This document shows, one piece after another, positions 10,166 through 21,501 of a stretch of DNA of 64,000 bases. The notes under the pieces are model-generated. The model had not been told where the DNA came from. It searched no databases and worked only from the letters and a program-made list of their open reading frames with translations. Position 1 is the stretch's first letter. Each line of letters starts with the position of its first letter. Source of the DNA: Candidatus Bathyarchaeota archaeon. Lineage in GTDB: Archaea; Thermoproteota; Bathyarchaeia; Bathyarchaeales; DTEX01. The DNA lies in contig CAVQNT010000006.1 of the NCBI GenBank assembly GCA_963714275.1, positions 96,001 to 160,000 of the forward strand, in the 5' to 3' direction. A program made the translations under genes and the position numbers.

Positions 10166-11332
10166 ATGGAGAAAAGTATGAGCTCGCAAGACACGCGTGA
10201 ACTGAGCTTTCCTGCTCAAATAACCATGGTCCTCCTAGTAGGTTTTGCTGCCATAGAGCTCGCCTCGTTTATAGGCTGGTCGACAAGCGTAACCTCAACC
10301 CTGACTTTGCCCACAAACCAGTACACAAACATAATAACAGCGAGTATAAGCCTCCTGGCAGCCCTCGGAATTTCCGCAAGAACCAAGGCAGGAGTATACC
10401 TAGCACTTACTATGGGAAGTTTCATGGTAATTGTGGGCGTTTACTCCCTTTTCAAGGCGCAAACCTCATCGCAATTAAGTTCAGGCTTAACCGCGTCTTC
10501 TGTCGCAGCTGTTTTTTCAGGTTTTCTAATCCTTACCTGCATCTTTAGGGCTGATCTCGAAACGCCGGGAGTGATCGAGCAAACCCAAAGAACTGTTTTA
10601 CTTGACAATAAAAGGCAGTTTTCTCCTGCCAACAGGTTCGCTATAGAAACCAACGAAGTGACAAAAAAGTATTTTCTTGGTCCAAACGTTGTTTCAGCCG
10701 TTAACGGGCTTACCATGAAAGTGCAGAAAGGAGAGTTTATCGCCATAATGGGTCCTTCCGGAAGCGGAAAATCAACCCTGCTTAACCTGCTGGGAGCCTT
10801 GGACAGGCCGAGTTCAGGCCAAATCTTGATTGATGGCGTCGACATTTCAGGTCTCAACGAGAACCAGCTGGCTAAGCTTCGCAACGAAAAAGTTGGTTTC
10901 GTCTTCCAAACGTACAACCTCGTCTCAAGATCAAGCGTGCTGAGGAACATGGAGTTGCCTGCGCTGGTCAAGGGATACTCTAGGAGCGAACGGGAAAGGA
11001 GAGTCAAAGAGCTTCTCGCGGTGGTTGGGTTAAACGACAAGATAACGAGGCAGCCGAAAACGTTGAGTGGCGGAGAACAGCAACGGGTCGCAATCGCTAG
11101 GGCTCTCATCAATGACCCAGAAATTGTTTTAGCCGACGAACCCACGGGCAACGTTGACTCAAGAAATGGAAGAATGATCATGGACTTTTTGAGAAAACTA
11201 AACAAAGGAGGTGGAACAACAGTCATAGTCGTGACTCACAGCCCAGACGTAGCAAACATGGCAGATAGAATCATTTACATACGAGATGGACGAATTTCGA
11301 GAGATGAAAGAGGTGGAGGAATATCCGCGTGA
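10166..11332 (+). CDS. ABC transporter ATP-binding protein (LolD/MacB type) with an N-terminal multi-TM extension
   Basis: GPSGSGKST, LSGGEQQRVAIARAL, LADEPTGN; first ~130 aa hydrophobic. Confidence 0.9.
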   Translation: MEKSMSSQDTRELSFPAQITMVLLVGFAAIELASFIGWSTSVTSTLTLPTNQYTNIITASISLLAALGISARTKAGVYLALTMGSFMVIVGVYSLFKAQTSSQLSSGLTASSVAAVFSGFLILTCIFRADLETPGVIEQTQRTVLLDNKRQFSPANRFAIETNEVTKKYFLGPNVVSAVNGLTMKVQKGEFIAIMGPSGSGKSTLLNLLGALDRPSSGQILIDGVDISGLNENQLAKLRNEKVGFVFQTYNLVSRSSVLRNMELPALVKGYSRSERERRVKELLAVVGLNDKITRQPKTLSGGEQQRVAIARALINDPEIVLADEPTGNVDSRNGRMIMDFLRKLNKGGGTTVIVVTHSPDVANMADRIIYIRDGRISRDERGGGISA

Positions 11333-12948
11333 AAACAAAAGCAACAGTCTATCTGCTTTGTGCATTATTATTCCTAACATACGTGTTTTCTTTTAACGTT
11401 GAACCCGCAAAAGCGCAATCGGTGGAGCTCAAAGTAACACGCGTCGTTTGGGGAACAACCCCGGACAGCCCAACAAAGGCGTATCCCGGTGACACACAGT
11501 CTCCCCTGACCGTTGAGCTACAGAACAATGACCCATCCATAACAATAAAAGGGGTGTCTGGAGTTCTAAGGTTCCCCGATGGACGGTTCACAGACATCTA
11601 TGGAAACCCGAACGCCACCGCGACTAGAGCGCCGACTGTAGGCGACATTCTAAACCCGACTGATGAGGTTCAGCCCAAAGGATTTTTGACGATGACATTC
11701 ACGCTTGACATCAACAAAGACGTTGCAGCTGGCACCTACAAATACAACATGGAAGTCAAATACGCTGCTAAACAAGGCAGCGCATTCGTAGACGGAACTA
11801 CACTTACCCTCTTTGTCCAGATTATTGTCTCAAAAATTGATTCCACAGTCACCGTATCCGTCACGCCTCAAACGACAGAGAAAGGACAAGCCGTAAGAAT
11901 CTCGGGGACAATTTCGCCAGCACAAGAAAACGCCACGGTCACCTTAACGTACAAGAAACCGAACGGCGCACTTCTCAGGAGAACCGTTAGAACCAACGCT
12001 GACGGATCGTTCGCTGAGTCATATTTGCCCAATGCGGAAGGATTTTGGAGCGTTAACGCGAGCTGGCTGGGCGACTCGAAGTACGCCAGCGACTGGGCTT
12101 CGGCCACGTTTGAGATTAGGCTGCCAGTTTCTATTACTATTACAACCTCTGACAATCTGCTAATCGGAGGCGTCGACAACCAGCTAAACCTCACCATACG
12201 AAACAGTGGAATCGTGCCAGCCTCAGCCCTTGACATGACCCTCACTGTGCCTTCACCTCTCGTGTTTCGCGAAGAAAACCATTGGACACTCAACTACCTT
12301 GAACCAAACAGTTCAACAATAATTATAGCATTGATTTATGGTCCGTCAAGCGCGATCGGAACCACATATTCTGGCACGTTGACCGTGAGTTATCGAGATG
12401 ATTATGGTGAAAGCTTGACTGATACTTTTCCGATAGGCTTAGTGGTTGTTGGACGAATAGAGCTAGTGGCATACGACAAAATTGTTAATCCGCAGCCAGC
12501 TGCAAATGGTTCAAAAGTCGAAATAACGACGACTCTGCTTAACAAAGGCAACGTGGTCGCCATGTACGTGAACGCCACAATCCAGCCTAACGAGATTTTA
12601 TTGTTGACTTCCGAAAGCACAACCTACATCGGCGATGTTGAAGAGAATTCCCAGTCTCCCTTCACGTTAGCTGCCTACGTGAAAGACGAGGTTGAAAACG
12701 AAACCTACCCCGTCAGGATCACTATTTCCTACAGGGACGACCAGTATGTCGACCATTACTTGGACTTCACAGTTTATGTGACAGTTGAAGCCCAAGCTGA
12801 AACCCAACCCAGTTCTGGTGAAACCGAAAACATTTTTGGTCTTCTGGGCGAATCGGGACTGATTCTTTTGACGGTTGCAGCTGCGACAATAGTCATTCTT
12901 CTACTTTACCGCCGCAGCATCGCTAAACAAAGAGTAGCGGCAATGTAG
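11329..12948 (+). CDS. COG1361-type S-layer-domain surface protein
   Basis: Signal peptide, Ig-like repeats (YPGD, ISYRDD), C-terminal TM; typical position between ABC ATPase and permease. Confidence 0.7.
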   Translation: MKTKATVYLLCALLFLTYVFSFNVEPAKAQSVELKVTRVVWGTTPDSPTKAYPGDTQSPLTVELQNNDPSITIKGVSGVLRFPDGRFTDIYGNPNATATRAPTVGDILNPTDEVQPKGFLTMTFTLDINKDVAAGTYKYNMEVKYAAKQGSAFVDGTTLTLFVQIIVSKIDSTVTVSVTPQTTEKGQAVRISGTISPAQENATVTLTYKKPNGALLRRTVRTNADGSFAESYLPNAEGFWSVNASWLGDSKYASDWASATFEIRLPVSITITTSDNLLIGGVDNQLNLTIRNSGIVPASALDMTLTVPSPLVFREENHWTLNYLEPNSSTIIIALIYGPSSAIGTTYSGTLTVSYRDDYGESLTDTFPIGLVVVGRIELVAYDKIVNPQPAANGSKVEITTTLLNKGNVVAMYVNATIQPNEILLLTSESTTYIGDVEENSQSPFTLAAYVKDEVENETYPVRITISYRDDQYVDHYLDFTVYVTVEAQAETQPSSGETENIFGLLGESGLILLTVAAATIVILLLYRRSIAKQRVAAM

Positions 12949-12961
12949 GGCAGATACAGCG

Positions 12962-14198
12962 ATGAATGTTTTCCAGCTCTTCAACCTTTCTTTCGAAGCG
13001 TTGAGAGAGAGGCGGCTGAGGGCGGGTCTAACAACCCTTATGGTGGTGATGGGCGCAAGCCTAATAGTGGCATTGAACGGCACAGGCAACGGTTTCGCAA
13101 ACTTTGTCAACAACCAATTCAGACTCGTTGGGCGCGAACATTTTGATAGTAAGTCCCAGAGGCGAAAACATCGACATAGACACGGCGCTGGCGAACCAAA
13201 TCAGGAAAATCGAAGGCGTCTCAGACGTGATTCTCTACATTCAGCAAATTTCAACCATCGTGACCCAAGGAGAAGCACAAACCTCAATCATCATAGGCGC
13301 TGAACAAACCAAGCTGTCTCTGCTTTTTCCCACGATGAGTTTCGAGTCGGGAACCTTCGTCTCAGACACAGATAGCGTAGGCATAATCTTAGGTAACGAG
13401 GTCGCAAAATCTTCAGACTCGACGCAAACCTTAACGCCTCTTGGGCAAACGGTCAATATTAAATATCAGATGTATGAGGGACAAAAAATCGTGACCATCC
13501 AGCGGTCATTCGTGGTTCGGGGTGTACTCAAATACATTGGAAGCGGGATAGTGCCTGCGGACCAGATGGTGTTCATCTCCACCTCAGCAGCGAAAAACCT
13601 GTTCAAGCGCGGCGTAAACTACGACGGGCTATACGTTGTTACTGAAAATCCTGACCTCAACAAGGCGGTGCTTAATAAGATTCGCGACAGGTACGGAAAC
13701 GACATCATAGTGTTTTCTCCGCAACTGATTTCCGACATGATACAGCAAGTGACAAGCAGCATTTATCTTTTCATAAACGTCGTCGCGATGGTTTCCCTTC
13801 TCGTAGCGTCTGTCGGCATAATTACGACGCTTCAAACCTCAGTAATGGAACGCATCAAAGAAATCGGGTTACTTAAAGCCCTAGGGTTCAACAGAACCGT
13901 GATTCTGGGGCTTTTCCTCTGCGAAGCCATGATCATAGGCATGCTCGGAGGCTCCATAGGCATCTTTTTAGGCATGGGTTTGTCGCACGCCGTGAGCATA
14001 CTCCTTGGGCAGACATTCCGAATTGACACCATGTTTGGCGGAAAAAGCCAATTTTCGCTGCAGCTCGTCCCAACCTTTAATCCTATTTTTCTTTTTCAGA
14101 CATGGATTCTGTGCATAGCGTTAAGCATGTTTTCTGGATTCTATCCTTCTTGGCGGGCTTCACGGCTTGATCCAGTTGTGGCGTTAAGAAACGAGTAG
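12962..14198 (+). CDS. ABC transporter permease (MacB/FtsX family); frameshift near 13120
   Basis: RRLRAGLTTLMVVMG N-terminus; SVMERIKEIGLLKALG; YPSWRASRLDPVVALR. Confidence 0.9.
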
Positions 14199-14264
14199 AC
14201 TTCACGTTAATTTCTGCCAAAATAGAGTGGGCGCCTTAAAACAAAGTATTTAACTGTCTTCTCG

Positions 14265-15158
14265 GTGTTTATGGTTAAATCTGCCAAAAAGGAGCCTTCC
14301 AAGATGGAAAACTCGGTTGTTGCCATGCTGAAAGGGACAGATGGCAAAGAACTGGCTTACAAGGCATTAAAAGTCATTGACGCTGGGGAGGTTGTTTCGT
14401 CGAAGAAAAAGGTTCTCATAAAAGTAAACATAACCATCATTAAGACAGCTGCAGATGGGGTCACAACCGACCCGAGAATGGTTGAGGGCATAATAGAGTT
14501 CCTGAAAGACGAAGGAATCAGGGACATAGCGGTCGCAGAGGGCGGAGGATGCGACGTAACCAGAGCCTACGATGAGCTGGGGTTCACCGAGGTAGCCAGC
14601 CGACAAAACGTTAAGCTCATCGATATCAACAGGGAAGAAGGCGTCCTCAAAAAGGTTCCGAACCCGCACTTCGTCTCCGAATTCTGGATAGCCAAGCCAG
14701 TTCTCGAATATGACTGCATAATAAGCGCCCCGAAGCTCAAAATTCACGCCGGAGAATGGCAAGTCACCTTAGCCATGAAGAACTTGATGGGTCTCTTGGC
14801 ATGTGGAAAACGGGGACCAATTCACCGCGAAGACCGCGGAACCGTGGACATACTCCAACTTTTAAAGCCAGACTTGTCAGTCATCGACGGGATTGTCGGT
14901 GGCGAAAGACATGAGCTGTGGAGCTATCCCGTTGAAATGGACCTAATTATTGCTGGGAAAGACTGCGTAGCAACCGACACCATCGGATCAGCGGTCATGG
15001 GATTCTCCGAGAACGAGATACCTCGGCACATAAAGTTGGCTCAGGAAACGGGCTTCGGAATAAGCGACCTCAACAGAATCAAATTATTGGGCGACGTTTC
15101 AATCAGCGAAGCAAAAAAAGACTTTAAAAGAACTGGGTCACGCTGGCCTTGGGGATAG
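14265..15158 (+). CDS. DUF362 domain protein
   Basis: VLIKVN, GVTTDP, IISAPKLKIH, TLAMKNLMG, VIDGIVG, DCVATD. Confidence 0.85.
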   Translation: MFMVKSAKKEPSKMENSVVAMLKGTDGKELAYKALKVIDAGEVVSSKKKVLIKVNITIIKTAADGVTTDPRMVEGIIEFLKDEGIRDIAVAEGGGCDVTRAYDELGFTEVASRQNVKLIDINREEGVLKKVPNPHFVSEFWIAKPVLEYDCIISAPKLKIHAGEWQVTLAMKNLMGLLACGKRGPIHREDRGTVDILQLLKPDLSVIDGIVGGERHELWSYPVEMDLIIAGKDCVATDTIGSAVMGFSENEIPRHIKLAQETGFGISDLNRIKLLGDVSISEAKKDFKRTGSRWPWG

Positions 15159-15251
15159 TTCCATCGGATTTATGCAGTAATCTTGTACTAAAAATTTTTG
15201 TTTTTTTCTCTATTTGATTATTTTGGTTTGATGTATCTTATTTTTTTGTTA

Positions 15252-15638
15252 TTATACGCGGGTGCCGATGAGGAGAATGATGGTTGTTCTGTTTCCCGTG
15301 TTGAAGAAGCCGTGCGGAACCTTCGCAGGCAAAAATATTGCATCGCCAGCTTTGACTTCGGTTTTCTCGTCTCCAACTTGAACGGTTCCTCCGCCACGTA
15401 AGACAATGTAGACTTGTTCCGCGTCTTCATGGGAATGAACTTGGTTTGTACCTCCGGGCTTCAAGGTTATTCGGGCAAAATTTGTAAAAGATTTCATTGA
15501 CTCAGGCTTCGTTTCTCCGAACTTGCTTCCGTGAGCGTCTGACTGCCAAAAAACTTGGTAAAGGGACGAGCCTCCGTGCATGTCTTCAAGTGTTCGTTTT
15601 TTTATTTTTGTAATGTGCTTGATGTGCATTCTGTTCAA
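15252..15638 (-). CDS. Cupin domain protein
   Basis: HSHEDAEQVYIVLRGGG...GDAIFLPAKVPHGFFN. Confidence 0.85.
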   Translation of the reverse strand: MNRMHIKHITKIKKRTLEDMHGGSSLYQVFWQSDAHGSKFGETKPESMKSFTNFARITLKPGGTNQVHSHEDAEQVYIVLRGGGTVQVGDEKTEVKAGDAIFLPAKVPHGFFNTGNRTTIILLIGTRV

Positions 15639-15810
15639 CTCCTATTCTTCATCAACTGCCTGCGAATATTATGGTTTTGGTCTTTCTATAACTTTTTCGT
15701 CATTCCAAGCATTTTTTGGAATAATTGCATAATACATGTATATCTGCGTGTTAGAAAAGCTATTTCCTATGAAGTTCAATTCTCCGTCTAAAGAAGTGCT
15801 GGAGGACACA

Positions 15811-16461
15811 ATGTTGTCTGAAAAGTTCAAGCAGAAATGGGAAGAGCCACCGAAAGGAGTGAAGAAGGTTCTTCGTCGAACAGAACCTTTGAAGCCCAAG
15901 ATTAACCGTGTCTTGACCCGAGTCGAAGCCCAAAACGAGAGGATCAACGCTTCCATAAACAAATACGACTACCGCGATAAGGAAATTTTCGAAAAAATTA
16001 TCCAAGCGCAACAGAGACACGACAGTGCCCATGCCAAAATTTTGGCTGACGAGCTTTCCGAAGTGAGAAGGCAAAAAAACATTCTTATGCATTCTAACCT
16101 TGCACTGGAAAACGTGTGTTTGAGACTTCGTACAATTTACGAGTTCGGAAATACCGCGTCGTCAGTTTCAGGCGTGGTTAACACCCTTAGAAGCATCAGA
16201 AACGGCGTTTCAGGGGTGCTGCCTGACATCGGCAACGAAATATTCAAGGTGGAAACGACGCTTGGCGACATCGTGATGGACATCGGCGGAACCGTGGGCG
16301 CGTCCCTTGATTCTGGACCAGTAAGCGAAGACGCGAGCAGAATACTGAAAGAAGCAGCCATCGTGGTGGAAAGCCGAACAAAAGAAAGGCTTCCCAACCT
16401 AAGCATCCCACAAGAAGGCTCCTACGCATCTAGCGGTTCTTCGGGCGACAATCAAGTATAG
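15811..16461 (+). CDS. ESCRT-III/Snf7 family protein (CdvB1/2-like, orphan paralogue)
   Basis: Clearly similar to 39246-39890 (ADELSEVRR..LALENVCLRLRT..SEDASRILKEA); GGAGG RBS at 15801. Confidence 0.85.
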   Translation: MLSEKFKQKWEEPPKGVKKVLRRTEPLKPKINRVLTRVEAQNERINASINKYDYRDKEIFEKIIQAQQRHDSAHAKILADELSEVRRQKNILMHSNLALENVCLRLRTIYEFGNTASSVSGVVNTLRSIRNGVSGVLPDIGNEIFKVETTLGDIVMDIGGTVGASLDSGPVSEDASRILKEAAIVVESRTKERLPNLSIPQEGSYASSGSSGDNQV

Positions 16462-16542
16462 TTATTTCCTCTTCTCAAAACTGCATTTAAAAAGAAGAAA
16501 CGTTCATGCAAGCACACAAAGTTACGTTAAGCCATTTTTTGT

Positions 16543-17464
16543 CTATAATAAGCCTAACTGGCTGAATTCTTTCCGCAATCGACTAGATTCCTCGTCTGAA
16601 AGAGGAAGAATTGGACGTTTCGGAACACCCACGTCTATTCCTCTTTCTTTAAGAAGCGCATGGCTGGCAGCGGTTGTAGATTTGACTGACGTGAGTATCC
16701 TTCTTGCTTCGATGGATCTCAGTTGCAGCCCCGCTGCTTCCTCATAGTCCTTTTTCGCTGTTACGTTGTAGAGCTCCACCACAAGCCTCCGGGAACACAT
16801 TTGCCAGCCCTGAAACGCATCCCTTCGCTCCGACCATCATCGCGGGGAGGAGAAGCGCCTCAGTTCCGACCATGAACGTAAAGTCTTTACGTTGCTTGAG
16901 TTCAACGATGAAATGCATGAAGTCGATTATGCTGAAGCTGCTATCCTTAATTCCTTTAACGCCGAAGTCAGCCATCTTAGCCAGAATTGAGGGAGTAATG
17001 GTGAACCCGGAGGTTTTCGGAATATTGTACGCAAAAACTGGAACGTTCACGGCTTTAACGAGATGCCTGTAATGCTCCAGAATGGCAGCTTCATCGTGGC
17101 TGTAATAGTAGGGAGGTACAGCTGCCACCACGTCGACACTTGCTTTTTCTGCATGTTTCGCCAGCGCCACAGTTTCATCTGTGCTTGGTGCACCAACTTG
17201 GGCGATGATGGACATGCGACCCTTAACTTGGTCCACGGTAACGTCGATGACCTTGTTCCGCTGCTCAGTGGACATGAGCGGACCAGACCCGTAGGTTCCG
17301 CAGGGGAAAATGCCATGAACGCCCTTTTCAGCATGGAAATCGAGGAGTCGCCTCAGCCCTTCTTCGTAGACTATGCCGTCTTTTGTGAAAGGCGTTATTA
17401 AGGGCACAACCACGCCCTTTATGTCTGGTTTGACCAACGCACTGTTTCCTCCATGTTCGCTCAT
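16543..17464 (-). CDS. Dihydrodipicolinate synthase/KDG aldolase family protein; frameshift near 16790
   Basis: GVVVPLITPF, GTYGSG, PPYYY, YNIP, GIKDS (Schiff-base Lys), GLANVFPE. Confidence 0.88.
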
Positions 17465-17645
17465 AAGTCAACAGCAGTTGATATATGCGTTTTTATCATT
17501 GAACTAATTTTTTTTTATCACGTCTTCAAAAGTCACTGATAGACAAAAATATTTTTGTTTTCTTTGCAGGACGTAATAATATAGGAAGCATGTCTCACGA
17601 GTCTTTATAAATTAGATGTGGGCGTATGTAAAATGGGGTTATTTT

Positions 17646-18221
17646 ATGGACATTATTCCTGAACTTAAGAACCGCGAGAGTCCGCTTGTTTTTGATGAGA
17701 AGGATGTTGAAAAAGAGAAGATTGAGTCTCTTGTCGAGGCAGCTAGATGGGCGCCTTCGTGCTTCAACAACCAGTCGTGGAACTACGTTTTTGTAAACAA
17801 AGGCGACTCAACGCGGAAAGACTTGGAGGAAGCACTGTCGCTTGGTAACAGATGGGCGAAGAAGGCTCCAGTCTTGGTCGCTGTTGGAGCTAAGCCTGAC
17901 GAAGACTGCGACGTGAATGGGCTTCCCTACTACGCGTACGATGCGGGCTTAAGCGTGATGAGCATGGTCGTGGAAGCCGAGTATCTGGGGCTTCGTACCC
18001 ATCAGATGGCAGGATACGATGAGGAAAAAGTTAGAAAAACTCTAAGGTTCCCTGAAAGCCACAGAATCATCGTTCTGTTTGCACTCGGATACGAGGGAGA
18101 CGTGAAAAGCGTTTGGGACAAACTCGAAAAACGAATAAAGGACAGATTGGCTCAACCACGCACAAGGAAGTCTACGGAAAAGAACTTTTTCTTCGCTTCC
18201 TTTGGAAACCAACATGGCTAG
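17646..18221 (+). CDS. Nitroreductase family protein
   Basis: EAARWAPSCFNNQSW, THQMAGYD, ALGY. Confidence 0.9.
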   Translation: MDIIPELKNRESPLVFDEKDVEKEKIESLVEAARWAPSCFNNQSWNYVFVNKGDSTRKDLEEALSLGNRWAKKAPVLVAVGAKPDEDCDVNGLPYYAYDAGLSVMSMVVEAEYLGLRTHQMAGYDEEKVRKTLRFPESHRIIVLFALGYEGDVKSVWDKLEKRIKDRLAQPRTRKSTEKNFFFASFGNQHG

Positions 18222-18305
18222 AAACAAACAACTCGCATTGAAATTGCAGTGTTTGAAAGAAAAAACGGTTCCTAGACGAGAATAGACCGATTGGCGTTAA
18301 GACTT

Positions 18306-18791
18306 TTAGAAGTGCTCGTAGTGGACAATCTCTGACAGAGTTTTCCTCGTTTTTGGACCTGGAGTCTCAGCTGGGTAGCCTAACGGAGTAACAGCGACGA
18401 CCTTTACTTGTTCTGGAATCTTCAAAACCTGTTTTATGGTTTCGTCAATGCCCATCTTACCCATCCAGCAGGTTCCTAAACCGAAGTTTGCAGCCGTCAA
18501 GATTATTTGCTCGAAAGCGATGGCGAAGTCCACCATGTACCATATTGATGAGACGTTAGCGTCTCCACAGCCGACGATAACAACGGGCGCATCAGAAGCC
18601 CAGCTGGCTATGCCAAGGTTTCTTTTTGTTTCAGGGTCTTTAACCACAATAAAGTGCCACGGTTGGCGGTGACCAGCTGAAGGCGCCAATCTAGCTGCTT
18701 CTAGAACCTGATTGAGAACCTTGTCTGGAACCGGGTCAGGCTTGTAACGCCTTATGCTCCTTCGGGTCTTTATGACTTCCATAAAATCCAA
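18306..18791 (-). CDS. Nitroreductase family protein
   Basis: RRSIRRY, AARLAPSAGHRQPW, GLGTCWMG, PLGYP. Confidence 0.9.
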   Translation of the reverse strand: MDFMEVIKTRRSIRRYKPDPVPDKVLNQVLEAARLAPSAGHRQPWHFIVVKDPETKRNLGIASWASDAPVVIVGCGDANVSSIWYMVDFAIAFEQIILTAANFGLGTCWMGKMGIDETIKQVLKIPEQVKVVAVTPLGYPAETPGPKTRKTLSEIVHYEHF

Positions 18792-19033
18792 CTCTCAATC
18801 ACCACTCAAATGCATCAAATAGTCAAAGAGCAGTAAAAAGGCTTACACAAAATCTCAACTAAATGAAAACAAAGGAATTTTTCAAAAATCCTAAAGAACC
18901 CTTTAAATGTCTCTAAACATGAATTGTTTTTTCATGACTTTTCTTTTTGCTACTTACCTTTTCATTACACTGATCAGATATATATTAGCTTAAACAGATG
19001 ATTATTATGACAAAAACTAAGGTGGAAAGTGTC

Positions 19034-19544
19034 ATGAAGTGGGTGACCCGTGAATACGTTCACGTTGACAGAACTGCTTGCCCTTGGCTGATTAGGAAGT
19101 TCATTGATCCAAAGGCGGAGTTCATCTTTGTCTCCGTTGACAAGATTGGGGAAGTTGTGAAGAAGCAAGGAGCAATACCTTTCGATGCGCCTGGAGTCAA
19201 ACTTGGTCATAGAAATGGAAAATGTCAGCTTTGAAACCATAATGGAGGAATATGACCTTAAAGACCCTGTTTTACAGAAAGTTGCAGAGATAGTTCATTC
19301 CGGGGACACAAGCGACAAAACAGTAGCGCCTGAAGGAACAGGGTTAGATGCAATAATGACTGGCATAAGGCTCAATGCAAAAGATGATTTTGAAGCTATT
19401 CAGAAAGCCAAAATTGTTTACGACTCATTATACAGCTACTGCAAGTTCAAGATTATTCGCAAAAAATACAGCAAAGAATTGGAACAGATGACTTATAAAC
19501 AACAAATCGATTTTCTGCATGAGAGAATGCAGGAAAAAATATAA
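19034..19544 (+). CDS. Chromate resistance protein ChrB-domain protein; frameshift near 19225
   Basis: MKWVTRE..HVDRTACPWLIRKFIDPKAEF, PFD, GKCSFETI, APEGTGL. Confidence 0.85.
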
Positions 19545-19568
19545 ACCTTTATCTAGACTGGCTTCACG

Positions 19569-20795
19569 ATGACTTCAGATACAAGAAAAAGCAACGACAT
19601 GGTTTTTCTAACTCTTTCAGTAATGGGACTCGTCGCAATACTCAGCTCAACAATGTCCAAAAATCCAGGGTTGAAGCCTTATGCGACAAGCTTGGGAACC
19701 CCAGATGAGTGGACGGGCTTTGTGGCGTCAGCGTCCACAATTCCTGGCATTTTGGTCAGTTTGCCCGCTGCTTCACTTTCAGACATTTTTGGCAGGAAGA
19801 AGTTTCTGTTGTTGGCTGGGTTTATTTTTGCTTCTGCGCCTTTCCTTTACATTTTGATAACCGTTTGGTGGCAACTTATTCTTTTGAGGTTTTACCACGG
19901 CTTTGCAACCGCAATCTTCGTTCCTGTGGTTGAGGCCACAATTGCAGAGTTGTTTCCTACCAAACGTGGAGAACGTTTATCGTTATTTTCTTCAATCACT
20001 TATGTTGGACGGGTCATAGCACCTGTTCTGGGAGGAACCATATTACTCGTTACAGGAACAAATTTTCACACGCTATACCTTTCTGTGGCAGTAGCAGGCG
20101 TAACAGCATTCATCACTGGATTATTGTTTTTCAGCGAGAAGAACCCGAAAAAAGCTCAGTCCAAGATGGAAGGCACAGGAGCCATCTTAAAAAAGGTTTT
20201 CGAAGGCTGGGGAACGATGGTCAAAAACTCCAAAGTCCTTGTTGTTTGTTTGGTTCAAGCATGCCAATACTACAGCTTTGGCGTCGTGGAATACTACCTC
20301 TCTGGTTATCTGCAGGAATTTCTTCAGCTTGATTGGCTTTCAACAGGCTTAATCACTGGAAGCTTGATTGCTGTTCCAATTGTCGTAAAACCTTACATGG
20401 GTAGAATGTCAGATAGGATTGGACGACGTCTTCCAATAATCCTTGGTTGCATAGTTTGTGGGCTGCCATTAATAGTAATCCCTTTCACTTCTATTTTCTG
20501 GATTCTCCTCTTACTGGCAATGGTCTACGGATTTGGTTTCGCAACTGTAACCGCTTCCACGCCGGCCTTAATCAGCGAACTTGTACATAAGGAGCTGATT
20601 GGCGCATCAATGGGTTTTCTAGACACGATAATGGATGTTGGGCAAACCTTTGGACCTATAATCAGCGGGTTCATACTGGCCACAAACCTCCAATACCATG
20701 GAGTCTTCTCTTCGCTTACAGTAGTTCTGCTTTTTTCATGCGTAATTTTTGCAGCGTCAGGGATTATTAAAGCAAAACCAGTGGACAGTACCTAA
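19569..20795 (+). CDS. MFS transporter
   Basis: About 12 TM segments, LSDIFGRKK and MSDRIGRR motifs. Confidence 0.9.
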   Translation: MTSDTRKSNDMVFLTLSVMGLVAILSSTMSKNPGLKPYATSLGTPDEWTGFVASASTIPGILVSLPAASLSDIFGRKKFLLLAGFIFASAPFLYILITVWWQLILLRFYHGFATAIFVPVVEATIAELFPTKRGERLSLFSSITYVGRVIAPVLGGTILLVTGTNFHTLYLSVAVAGVTAFITGLLFFSEKNPKKAQSKMEGTGAILKKVFEGWGTMVKNSKVLVVCLVQACQYYSFGVVEYYLSGYLQEFLQLDWLSTGLITGSLIAVPIVVKPYMGRMSDRIGRRLPIILGCIVCGLPLIVIPFTSIFWILLLLAMVYGFGFATVTASTPALISELVHKELIGASMGFLDTIMDVGQTFGPIISGFILATNLQYHGVFSSLTVVLLFSCVIFAASGIIKAKPVDST

Positions 20796-21069
20796 CTATG
20801 CCTAACCATTATACACCAGCAAAATAAACGAAAATGGGTTTGTCCCTTTTAGACCTTTTCAGTTACAATAATTTCTACGAAATGGAAACAAATTTTGCCT
20901 TTTGCTCGAGATTTCATGTTTAACGAGGAACCATATTTTATGAGCTATTAGACTCGGTTAGTTCCAATAAAATCGTCATAGTATTTTCGACGTATCTAGC
21001 ACATTTTTTCTGGAAGACATTTTCTTCTCTTGCCTTTTTTGTTCATCGGGGTTAGCTGAGCTCACTAGG

Positions 21070-21372
21070 TTACAAATTTATGGAATGATAGAGTCTGGTC
21101 GGTGTGGCTTTCCTTGTTTGTACAAGTTCCCTCTCAATTTTCATGTGGTGCCAAACGACATCCTTACCGCTGGAGGTTATGGAAAGAATCTTTGTTCTCC
21201 CGTCCTTTTCCTCAATTAGAAGATCGTGAGCGACAAGGAAATCCACGTGTTTCTTGAGTCTTTTCCAAGTCAAATTCGCCCGATACATGACGTGTGTAGG
21301 TTTCTGTTTGCCGTCCGCAACCGCCTTCAGTATGTCGATGTAGATCTCGAATTGGGACCTTCGCGTCACCAT
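21070..21372 (-). CDS. Archaeal winged-helix transcriptional regulator (HTH_45-like)
   Basis: RRSQFEIYIDIL...KPTHVMYRANL...ITSSGK. Confidence 0.85.
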   Translation of the reverse strand: MVTRRSQFEIYIDILKAVADGKQKPTHVMYRANLTWKRLKKHVDFLVAHDLLIEEKDGRTKILSITSSGKDVVWHHMKIERELVQTRKATPTRLYHSINL

Positions 21373-21501
21373 TGAATGTCACCGGGAAATTTCAAGCTTT
21401 CAACGAATTAATAATAAGCTTTCTAATATGCTGAAATATATCATTGCCAAAATGATTCTTAGAAAAACAAAAAGGGGGAGCGAAAATGGGATATGCCATT
21501 T

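Noticed and set aside
10441-11226. Long antisense ORFs (this one, 52939-53571, 46053-46622, 4663-5223 and similar)
   Set aside because: Antisense shadows of well-supported genes
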